Assembly: GCA_050011875.1 (NCBI GenBank)
Contig: JBEKIG010000017.1
Coordinates: 1-52,900, forward strand
Source of the DNA: Nitrososphaeria archaeon
GTDB lineage: Archaea; Thermoproteota; Nitrososphaeria; JACIWG01
DNA length: 52,900 bases
Direction of reading: 5' to 3'
Shown: in pieces, positions 10,501 to 18,503 of the stretch
Numbering within the stretch: position 1 is the stretch's first letter
Layout: each line of letters starts with the position of its first letter
Notes under the pieces: generated by a model
What the model saw: the letters and a program-made list of their open reading frames with translations, nothing else
Database searches by the model: none
Told to the model about the DNA's origin: nothing
Translations under genes and position numbers: made by a program

Positions 10501-12651
10501 AAGGGGTATAGATGTGCTAATGACATTCTGATACCATATCCTAAAAATAAAGATATAATGGGAAAAGATTACGATGGATTCTTAGACGATTCTCCATGCA
10601 GCACAATAATTAGGACAAATGCCTCAATACGATTAAAAGAGAAGCCAATCAGCGATGAAAGAATAAAGTCTTTAAGTTTAAAAAGTTCTCCTAAACTCTC
10701 AGATATGCTAAATCTTGTAAAAGAACTACGCCTTTCAAATAGTGAGCCACCTCCTGACTTATTCAATGCACTTAATGAAATGATAGTTTCCAGTAAAGAG
10801 AGTAATCCTCGTATGGACGACTATGGATATTATTTTGAAAATAAATGGATTAGTTCTAAACGCATACGACTTATGGATGAAAAAGCAGTTCCGAAGGAGA
10901 TAAAAGGTGCTTTTACGATTCTTGATTCCAAGCATGAGCATCATGATTACTTACTTTTTGATGGAGCTAAAAATAGTCTATCTCTCGATGATTTGTTAAG
11001 TTCATTACTTAAGCCAGAAATTGTACCATCATTGAATCTATGGGATGAAATACGCAAGTATGAATCACAATTACAATGGAAACACAAAGAAATATATGGT
11101 CAACATCTAATTTATCCACTTAATAATTGCTTTGCAAACCCGGAAAATATCATCTGCCTTGAAAATGATCCTAAGAATTCCTTCTTGAATGAAGGGGTTT
11201 ACGGAAAGTATTTTGTCATCTCTCAGAATCTCACGGAAAGGCACGGAACAACCCTTAAAAAGTTAGGCGCTAGAAGCGATTCAGAACTTACCGAAGAAGA
11301 TATCATCGATTTGATTCGATTGGAAAAGCAAGGTTGGGATTCCATGGACTCTGAAAAAGTTCAAACTATCTTACATTTGATAACTAGGATAATAGAATTA
11401 AATCCAAAATTTCCATTTCCAAACCAACCATTATGGCCAGCTAGAATGGCTGGAGATTACATTTGGCTGGAACCCAAGTCCTGTTATGTGATGGATTCGT
11501 CTATTGGCAAATATTTTTCTGATTTGGCTTTTATATGCTTGGAACTAGACGGAAAGGAAAATGGATACCTAAGGGATTATGCAATCTTGAATGGATGCAA
11601 GAGGTTTAGTGAATTTTTAAAAAAGACAAGTCACCGAGATTTCGGGTTTAGTGAGCCTAACAAAGGCTTGACTAGTATCTTGAATGAGCTCGCTACGGTA
11701 CTTAGTATGCATTTCAAAACATTAACTGGGGCGTCTGAATGCTTCAGTTGGCTTAGAAACATAGAGGTTTATAATTGCGATGAACTAGATGTACATTATG
11801 CAATTCCTATGTTAGGGAAGACTTCTAACATAGTAACTCACGCGATTCCAAAATATGCTTTGATTGAGAAAACAGATACAAAATGGTTAATCCTCGTAAA
11901 TTTCGGTAACATCAAGGCATACGATGAACTAGTGGATGCAATAGTCGAAGAATGCATTGAAAGGGGTTTTCCGAAAGGCTCTGAAATTGATGAACTGACG
12001 TTTCTTATATATAAGCTTCTAAAAAATCCGCCAATTTCTTGGGGAGACCTAGTAGAGGGATACGAATTCCCTGAAGAAAATGTAGTTGGGTTGTACCAAC
12101 CATCTATCCTTGGTGTAGAAGGAGGTAAGGGTTATCTTGAAACTCGGCAGAAGCTCCAAGAATGGTATCACAGCTGTCAGATTTGTGGAAATCAGACTCC
12201 TGGGGATGAATCGGGCATTGATACAATGGAAACTGTGAAGAGCGTAGTCTCTATGAGAGGAGGCAGATATCGTAGTGTGCGCGCAGGGTATTCACCAGAT
12301 AACTGCCTTTTGTTATGCCCAATGCATCAAATACTGTATGAGAGAGGTTTGATAAGGTTCCCTGATTTTGAAGCAATCGAAGATATCGACATACTGCAAA
12401 GAATCGAACAGAAGATTGAAGAGTATGATAAGATTAAGACAGAGAACAGACAACAGAAGTTGTCCTGGAATTGTGAGGTATTTGAAGGAAAGTTTGACTG
12501 GTTCGGACAGCAAAGAATTTCAGGTGAAAATGTAAATAAGATTAGATGGAATCAAGAGAAGATAGCCTTTACAATGGAGCACCTTACCAGTTTCCTCAAA
12601 AATATGTTGAGCTACTTTAAGGAGGCTAAGAAAGTTCGTTCTGGTGAATGA
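7498..12651 (+). CDS. Sacsin/NOV-like GHKL (HSP90-like) ATPase with N-terminal Zn-finger and C-terminal HNH-like domain
   Basis: RELLQNADD (N-box), VANDGRSF (G1), VGHFSSGFQTTY (G2 variant) and GVLFRFPWR. N-terminal CIKC...CSRC. C-terminal CQIC...NCLLLCPMH. TTG start preceded by GGTG, overlapping the SNF2 stop. Confidence 0.85.
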   Translation: MGHEPHDDFVYCIKCPENKRTGDERSRCRKEEIEEDQWGKWTCSRCRSETIGLQLIDFIKTRISVTATEDEDRSRFIFRELLQNADDVKSVILVLRFEEDALYVANDGRSFTTTIVNNQLSDFDRISRILGRHQAEDKETVGHFSSGFQTTYAITNSPEVHSSGISGQMNPTRNTWNYEIEERTSPYVHKERKGVLFRFPWRDDNRAEEEIGGIRAFEDSNYWPRWNEKERRGLYEDLKGYIAQAILCCQYLETIRLIWHDGSHYEGFQVTRDFKTRIDDSVRLSFGYGWFLGIVTQGLIEPKTWKDEWNESFQSDAWSWCKGMRTLQYLVGYATVSDSSGKPLYFGKRPDGSCVVTSNRQALVKELKRGDIHLLFPLFDITTLDSKSDGRAYLYSVIPLPKKGQNMFVFTGHFFPTEDRKDVDVEGYGGVNREWYQTVMLNVLYLYQYLFPFFLKEIQSLQAPSDDCQRIILNSIPATVLPEWMRPGREAKSGWWEKEQNQLINFIIDQPIFFTNGSWISPINAYWAQSDDENDVLKTMNMRTFTSSFIEHPHFKASLASKLEYRKLIIAEDFLRLWDEFESKNHDNSGQLIYQQSLTGGGILDKGAANSLIRYCITRENAWDKTTNLPIIPGKDSFLRPIREYPLLPEQLDFMLEIVPKSRLIHPDFKLSELKERVKQQRASTYLDVVNLIDEIVNENPSRFSNMDSKDHALISKVLVTLVEKMGFTLSENMINLKFIPYKQGNSTSIGTPNTRIVNGHKELIKGGAHIGENYMRDSIFGVQRIQVPGITQELETKIKFLSILGYEEVSEIENALFIVKLMENPNEPTNFIRHFLSPRHGSLFKDSILCEYIGTDNVEVIQKNKKVFLDALKSYFDSPKKEQYLTPKDMSGVPCLYDEEGKWYGAGEFALEIYPELELIGYKSRHKDFQKWPKETLLALGAVESPSCAKIIEVIRKLSLEKEKNRRVLADIVIWLLTSDVAIDSGLKEIETLAWIPSTDKGYRCANDILIPYPKNKDIMGKDYDGFLDDSPCSTIIRTNASIRLKEKPISDERIKSLSLKSSPKLSDMLNLVKELRLSNSEPPPDLFNALNEMIVSSKESNPRMDDYGYYFENKWISSKRIRLMDEKAVPKEIKGAFTILDSKHEHHDYLLFDGAKNSLSLDDLLSSLLKPEIVPSLNLWDEIRKYESQLQWKHKEIYGQHLIYPLNNCFANPENIICLENDPKNSFLNEGVYGKYFVISQNLTERHGTTLKKLGARSDSELTEEDIIDLIRLEKQGWDSMDSEKVQTILHLITRIIELNPKFPFPNQPLWPARMAGDYIWLEPKSCYVMDSSIGKYFSDLAFICLELDGKENGYLRDYAILNGCKRFSEFLKKTSHRDFGFSEPNKGLTSILNELATVLSMHFKTLTGASECFSWLRNIEVYNCDELDVHYAIPMLGKTSNIVTHAIPKYALIEKTDTKWLILVNFGNIKAYDELVDAIVEECIERGFPKGSEIDELTFLIYKLLKNPPISWGDLVEGYEFPEENVVGLYQPSILGVEGGKGYLETRQKLQEWYHSCQICGNQTPGDESGIDTMETVKSVVSMRGGRYRSVRAGYSPDNCLLLCPMHQILYERGLIRFPDFEAIEDIDILQRIEQKIEEYDKIKTENRQQKLSWNCEVFEGKFDWFGQQRISGENVNKIRWNQEKIAFTMEHLTSFLKNMLSYFKEAKKVRSGE

Positions 12652-15600
12652 AGAGGTTATTAGCGATGACAAAAGAGCTAATCGATTGGGTTAACCTTAG
12701 AAAATTATACGAATTCGAATCCTCAAAGGTCTCAGGACCCGGGTCCTATAGAAGAGATATAAACGATGCTCTTTGGACCCTCGAAGAATTGGGACGCACT
12801 CTTTCCCTTTCTTCAAATGATATGAAAGATTTTGAGTACTTGATTGAAAAACTGCTGAAAAAGAAGAGCATCATGAAGATTCGAGGATTAGATTGCCCCG
12901 ATAGATATGTCACACGGACCGCTGAGATTGTTCGTCTGCTTGGGCATAACTACGAGTATTGGTACAGAGGAAGGCAAAGCATTGATTCTGTGAGATGGCT
13001 TATAGAGGATAAGAAGGTTCCGGATAGGAATATTCCTGTCGAAGATTTCACCAAGGCTTTGCTAGATATGGTATCATTGAAAATAGGAGATGGCTCCTCG
13101 ACTTTTAACCTAAAGACAGCTATCGAAGAAGTCATGCAAGGCGTTGCAGCATACTTTGAGCCTAAGGATTGGAAGAAGGCCAAGTTCTCAAAGTTCCAAT
13201 TGGAATCGACGAGAGAGATGATTCTTTCCCAGTTCAAGCCCGGGCATCAATACAAGGCTCAGATATTGACAGCTGGAGTCGGGTCGGGAAAGACCATAGC
13301 GTTCACCATTGGGATGCTCGTTTCAGCGGTAGAGGGCTTAAAGAGCGGGCAAGCACAACATAGGAGATGCCACATTTTCTTATATCCCAGGAAAGCGTTA
13401 GCTCAAGACCAATACACTAAACTAAAAGATATAGTTAAAAATATTCAACCTCTTCAGGTACATTTCGAACACTACAGTTTCTATAAAAAACACGAGAAGA
13501 AATCTGTTAAAGAAGGAATAGAGCAAATATATCAGGGCCCTAGCCCTCCACCAGACATCATCGTAATGACTTTAGAAACCCTCAACAGAAGACTACAACA
13601 TCCCATGATAATAGGAAAACTAGCTAAATACCTCAAGAGGGTTGTATTAGATGAAATCCATCTCGTAGAAGGCATCTCTGGTTGCCAAGTAATTAGGTTG
13701 TTGGCAAGGCTACGCCAAGCTTGTTATCCCAATGAAATCCTATGGACAGGATCCTCAGCAACTGTGGCAAACCCCGATTTGCACGCTATGACAGTATTCG
13801 GATTGGAGCAGCGAAATGATGTGAAAGTGATTGAGCCAAGCAATGAGAACCTAATTACTGTAGGACTTGTGCATCATGTCTTCGTGAGACCTAGCGGTCG
13901 ATTGTCCTCCTTAGGTACGCTAGTCAACTCAACAAGTATATTAACACATAACAGAAGGCAATATATTTGGGATAGAGATGCTAATTATCCCAAAACCATA
14001 GGCTTCGCGGACAATCTGGAAATTCTCGGTCGATGGAACTCAGAATTCAGAGAAAACGAGAGAACAGAAAAGGCTTCTGACCGAATTCATCCTAACGTGG
14101 AAAACCCAAGCAATTGGCAGAAGAGACAAAGGGAAATCCCGTACGCCCTGAGGTTTAATAGACCACTAGAACGCAGGATAAATGCAGTTGGGGGCAAGCC
14201 TAAGTCAGAGGAGTATGAACCTGTTCTACAGGACTTTAAGAACGATAGAGTTTGTGAAAAGTGCAAGCAAGGAGAACGAATAAAACTCAAGACCTGTGAT
14301 AGGAAGGAATTACAACAGTTAGGAAGATTGGTGTATCGAGAGCCACACAAGGAAGAAGACGATGTCAAGATTTTTCATATTAATAATAAGAACGTTTTTG
14401 AGACAGATTCAATGGAGATAGGGACTCTAGATTTATGCCCTTATCTTAAATCTGGGACATGCTTTTGGTTCGCTCAGGACGATTTTAAATCAGAACTAAT
14501 CGAAGGGTTTTCTTACGAATGGAGGAGTATTGCACGATCTAGAATCCATTCTTCCAAAACGAGTCAAATCAAACCAAATCAAACCAAATCAGATTCAGAA
14601 CTTGATGATGATCTTAGTGACTTAGTTTTTTCTGCGACAATCGAGGAAGTTTATGATTTCCCTAAGTCGGAACAAGTTATCCCTATAGATGTAGTCCTTG
14701 CTTCACCGAGCTTGGAAGTAGGAATTGATCTCCCGAATGTAACAGAAAGTGTCATGTTTAAGGCAATCAGGAGTGTTGCATCTTATAGGCAGAAAGTGGG
14801 TAGAATAGGAAGAGAAATGGATTCCGATGTAATGAATGTTAACCTTCTGTCACTTAGACCGATAGATCTCCATTACTATAGACAACCTAGAAAATTAACG
14901 AGCATTGCGCGGCTGGACCCAATACCTCTTAAAGAACATAATGATTCCATCTTGCGTTGCGCCCTTTATATGGCTGTTTGGGACTGTCTTTCCCTGAATT
15001 CTAATCTACCCGAAGTTATACCGCTCGGTGGATTGTTCGAGAATGAGACCCAATTCACGCAAAGGCTGAAGATTTCAAGGAATTATTTAAATGAGAATAG
15101 AGCGAACATAGCTTGGTATCTTTCGGGAATCGCTAGGCTAAGATTTAAAGCGAGTGATTCTATAATCCAAGAAGCCATAAATCAAGTTGCAGATGAAATC
15201 GATGTCTTCCTTACCACGACTAAGGGTACAATAGAAAATGAATGCATTTCGCATGTCTCAGATATAGTCGCACACTCCTTAAGTCCCTATGGGGCAAAAC
15301 TCCACACAGTTAAACAAACAAAGAGCTTAGACAGAGTAAGAATAGGAGAAGATGAATATAAACTCTACAGGCCTGGAATTAACCCTGTTTTATTTAACCT
15401 ATCAAAGGAATTTCAAGATTTGGACTGCTTCAATGAATCAGGATGGGTAGATATTTCACGTTTAAAAGAAATACATCAACGCATTGGGGATTTAATTAAG
15501 AACCAAAGTAATGATGAGGAGATGGAAGACCTAGAAGCACTAAAGGACCTAAACAGTATTGCTCTTCGACACATCATTGAAGGCTTGGAAGGAATGGAAA

Positions 15601-18476
15601 AATTGGGGCAGAACCCTCTCGTTATCTACTTCTTGGAGCAGTTCAACAGTTTTCGGACTAAGCGTCCATATTGGCCATATTATTTGTCATACACATTACA
15701 AGGTATGCCTATTTTCAATGCACTAAGAACAAGGAGACACCGCGACTATACACGACCACCTAACTTGTTTACCAATCCTTATGAAGAAACTGTCACACTC
15801 ATCGGGAAACATGGAATTGAGGACAATGTCAAAATTAGCGAGGCATTATTTGGGTTCATCCCTGGAACATGGTCTTTCAGGCAAGGTAAGGTGCCAAAGA
15901 AGATTCTGTGCGGGAAGCTAAGACCTTCTCGAGGTGGGGTCCTTACCGCGAGTCTTGAGACCATGGAATCTGTTGGCAACGATTTCGACAAAATCCAGAC
16001 CAATGTACCTACGCCTCCTGGCTTTTCAGGAAATCTCCTTGACATCTATATGCCAAGAAAAATAGCGCTCAACGACGTTAATCGTAAGTACGTTGGACTC
16101 AACCCAGGACCAAGGACAGTTTTTGATTGGGATGAAGATTCAGCTAAAGAATCTAAAGAGGCTGTTTCTGCTGATATCATGGATGAGGCTTCAGTCAATA
16201 ACAAACACCCAATGGTCAAAATCCCTTCAAGCTTTCCAAACCGATGGGTACACATAATACCTGATAAGGGTACCAGAATTTTAGTTAATGATCTTAATGA
16301 GAACAACTTGGTAATAGAAGAAGAGAAGGTTCTCAAAGGTTATGACGCGCGAGTGAGGATATTTCATCCGATGCTGAAACAGATTGTGGACTCTATCAGT
16401 TGGCATGACCATCTCGAAGTGTATGACTACGTTTTCTCAGTCTCACGAATCTATTCATCAAAAATAGTCAATAACGCAACCTTGATGTTTCAAACGAACA
16501 AACAAAAAGACATAGCTTTTGGACGTTTCTACGAAACTGAGGGTGTTTCTATCACGTTGAACCCTTCCACAGTCAAAGCTGCATTTTCAAGAATCAAAGA
16601 AGAAATGTTACTCCATAAGGACAAATGGGTTCCTTCTATTATGAAGGCATTCATGGCGCTCTTATGTTCAAAGAGGTTACCTGATGGAACTCCTGTAAGC
16701 CCATTTATGGTCGATAATCTAGTTGGTGTGCTTATTACTACGATTCCTTTGGACTTTGATAGCAGAGCAATATACGAACTTCCAGAAAAAATGGCAAGTT
16801 TACTAGCAGATGAAAGTAAGTTCAGAGAAATAGCTGAGAAATATTACAGAGGGAAATACCTTATAGATTTAGACGAGGAAGGACCTTGGATATCCGAATC
16901 ATCAACACAAGATATGCAAGACCTAAAGACCGCGGTGGAAAATTTGGTCGGATTTGCGATGCAGCTCAAAGATGAAATCCCAGACGTAAAAAGTAATCTC
17001 GAAAATTGGATTACCCGTACGCTCCTTAACACGTTTGGAGTGGCCGCTTTGTCTGCCTTGCAGCGATTGTGTGGAAGTGAGGAGGATATCATAGGGTATA
17101 CAATAGACCTCGAGGGTATAAATAAAGGAGAGTATAGAATTTTCCTCTATGACAGGACGCATTATGGAAATGGCAGCAGCGACGTATTAAAGAAATATCT
17201 GTACATTTTGAATATACAGAGACACGGACAGACAGATGAATCTAGGTTATTACCATCAGAAGACTACTTGACTTTATTGGAACAGGAGTTGCTTCAATGC
17301 CCTCAATTTCACACCGATATGGACGCACTAGAAAAGCTCACCCAGAAACAAAAAGGGCAACAAGTGATAGGTTTACCTGAGCTTGCTTTTGTAGGAGAAC
17401 AATCAGATGAAGTTTTACGTGTATGTGAGGATACATGGAAGCAACTTGGAATACGCGGGAGAGCTGACGCATGGAAATTGCCAATAATTTCGCTTGCACC
17501 AGGCAGTTTTGCTCATCTCAGAGGTATTGAAGTTGATGATGTAATCAGGGCTACTAACGTGTGCTGGAACGGATGCCCTGAATGTGTGATTGGCGCTGAG
17601 GGTAAGACTTTTATTGACAAAGCCATACTCGATGAATGGTTCAAGCTGGCAAGAGAAGGAGTCAATGAATACAAGACGGTCTCCATCGAAGATATTGCGG
17701 TTGGAAAATCTCGTGTCGAAATTGGGATGCAATCAAAGGTATGTTTAGAACTACCGAATAGAAAGATAAGGTCCATCTCACTTCCGTTTACGATAGGGTT
17801 CGAATTAGAAAGAGATCAAGTTCCTCCGCATGCCAGACTCCTAATCAGGGATGACGATATACAGGGTTTCAGGGCTTTCGAAGAATCACAGAAGAGTGCT
17901 CATGGGATAGAGTCATCAGGTTTTAAAAGAATCATGTGGTATAACCTCATGACATCAGCGTATCTTGATATACTAGGTCTATTGGGAAAGGAACGCAAGG
18001 AAATCGCCTTAGTGTTCTATGACTGTCGGGATGTTAGTTTTGATGATGTGGGGATTTCGCCAAGAATGATTCAGGTGATAGAATACCACTGCAAAAAGGT
18101 AGGTATGAGGGGTGAGATAAATAGACTGTCTGACATATTAGTTTGGCTTGCAAGACAAGGGTTCAGGCTTTCCTTATGTGTCGACCAGACACAGTGCCAA
18201 GAAGAAAGTGTCAGAGGATTCCTAGCCAAGCTTTCGGAGATAGAAATGAGCAATATCAGTATCATGGTCAAAGGGTTGCAAGGCTCGATGCACAAGAAAG
18301 CTATGATAACGCCTGTCGGCGTTATTCAAGGATCTGCTAATCTAACATACTCTGGCACGGGTTTAAACGAAGAGATTATTAACTACGCTCCTTACGGCGT
18401 ACGAGAATACGAAGAAATGAAGTTAAGTATATTGGACACATTCCATGGGAGCGAAAAGTGGAGGCAGACAAATTGA
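12648..18476 (+). CDS. Large SF2 DEAH helicase fused to a DUF1998-type Zn domain and a C-terminal PLD-family nuclease (DpdJ+DpdK-like, or DrmA/B/C-like, in one chain)
   Basis: AGVGSGKT, YPRKALAQDQ, VVLDEIH, SSAT, SLEVGID and QKVGRIGR. DUF1998-like TLLNTFG...RIFLYDRTHYGNGS...CWNGCPEC. PLD-like MHKKAMIT...IQGSANLT. ATGA overlap with the upstream gene. Confidence 0.88.
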   Translation: MKRLLAMTKELIDWVNLRKLYEFESSKVSGPGSYRRDINDALWTLEELGRTLSLSSNDMKDFEYLIEKLLKKKSIMKIRGLDCPDRYVTRTAEIVRLLGHNYEYWYRGRQSIDSVRWLIEDKKVPDRNIPVEDFTKALLDMVSLKIGDGSSTFNLKTAIEEVMQGVAAYFEPKDWKKAKFSKFQLESTREMILSQFKPGHQYKAQILTAGVGSGKTIAFTIGMLVSAVEGLKSGQAQHRRCHIFLYPRKALAQDQYTKLKDIVKNIQPLQVHFEHYSFYKKHEKKSVKEGIEQIYQGPSPPPDIIVMTLETLNRRLQHPMIIGKLAKYLKRVVLDEIHLVEGISGCQVIRLLARLRQACYPNEILWTGSSATVANPDLHAMTVFGLEQRNDVKVIEPSNENLITVGLVHHVFVRPSGRLSSLGTLVNSTSILTHNRRQYIWDRDANYPKTIGFADNLEILGRWNSEFRENERTEKASDRIHPNVENPSNWQKRQREIPYALRFNRPLERRINAVGGKPKSEEYEPVLQDFKNDRVCEKCKQGERIKLKTCDRKELQQLGRLVYREPHKEEDDVKIFHINNKNVFETDSMEIGTLDLCPYLKSGTCFWFAQDDFKSELIEGFSYEWRSIARSRIHSSKTSQIKPNQTKSDSELDDDLSDLVFSATIEEVYDFPKSEQVIPIDVVLASPSLEVGIDLPNVTESVMFKAIRSVASYRQKVGRIGREMDSDVMNVNLLSLRPIDLHYYRQPRKLTSIARLDPIPLKEHNDSILRCALYMAVWDCLSLNSNLPEVIPLGGLFENETQFTQRLKISRNYLNENRANIAWYLSGIARLRFKASDSIIQEAINQVADEIDVFLTTTKGTIENECISHVSDIVAHSLSPYGAKLHTVKQTKSLDRVRIGEDEYKLYRPGINPVLFNLSKEFQDLDCFNESGWVDISRLKEIHQRIGDLIKNQSNDEEMEDLEALKDLNSIALRHIIEGLEGMEKLGQNPLVIYFLEQFNSFRTKRPYWPYYLSYTLQGMPIFNALRTRRHRDYTRPPNLFTNPYEETVTLIGKHGIEDNVKISEALFGFIPGTWSFRQGKVPKKILCGKLRPSRGGVLTASLETMESVGNDFDKIQTNVPTPPGFSGNLLDIYMPRKIALNDVNRKYVGLNPGPRTVFDWDEDSAKESKEAVSADIMDEASVNNKHPMVKIPSSFPNRWVHIIPDKGTRILVNDLNENNLVIEEEKVLKGYDARVRIFHPMLKQIVDSISWHDHLEVYDYVFSVSRIYSSKIVNNATLMFQTNKQKDIAFGRFYETEGVSITLNPSTVKAAFSRIKEEMLLHKDKWVPSIMKAFMALLCSKRLPDGTPVSPFMVDNLVGVLITTIPLDFDSRAIYELPEKMASLLADESKFREIAEKYYRGKYLIDLDEEGPWISESSTQDMQDLKTAVENLVGFAMQLKDEIPDVKSNLENWITRTLLNTFGVAALSALQRLCGSEEDIIGYTIDLEGINKGEYRIFLYDRTHYGNGSSDVLKKYLYILNIQRHGQTDESRLLPSEDYLTLLEQELLQCPQFHTDMDALEKLTQKQKGQQVIGLPELAFVGEQSDEVLRVCEDTWKQLGIRGRADAWKLPIISLAPGSFAHLRGIEVDDVIRATNVCWNGCPECVIGAEGKTFIDKAILDEWFKLAREGVNEYKTVSIEDIAVGKSRVEIGMQSKVCLELPNRKIRSISLPFTIGFELERDQVPPHARLLIRDDDIQGFRAFEESQKSAHGIESSGFKRIMWYNLMTSAYLDILGLLGKERKEIALVFYDCRDVSFDDVGISPRMIQVIEYHCKKVGMRGEINRLSDILVWLARQGFRLSLCVDQTQCQEESVRGFLAKLSEIEMSNISIMVKGLQGSMHKKAMITPVGVIQGSANLTYSGTGLNEEIINYAPYGVREYEEMKLSILDTFHGSEKWRQTN
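14565..14590 (+). repeat. Short tandem repeat CAAAT-CAAAC x2.6 inside the helicase gene
   Basis: caaatcaaac caaatcaaac caaatc. The 5/10-bp unit is not a multiple of 3 and encodes QIKPNQTKS. Confidence 0.7.
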
Positions 18477-18503
18477 CGATTAATAAGAAGGCGACTTAGC
18501 ATA

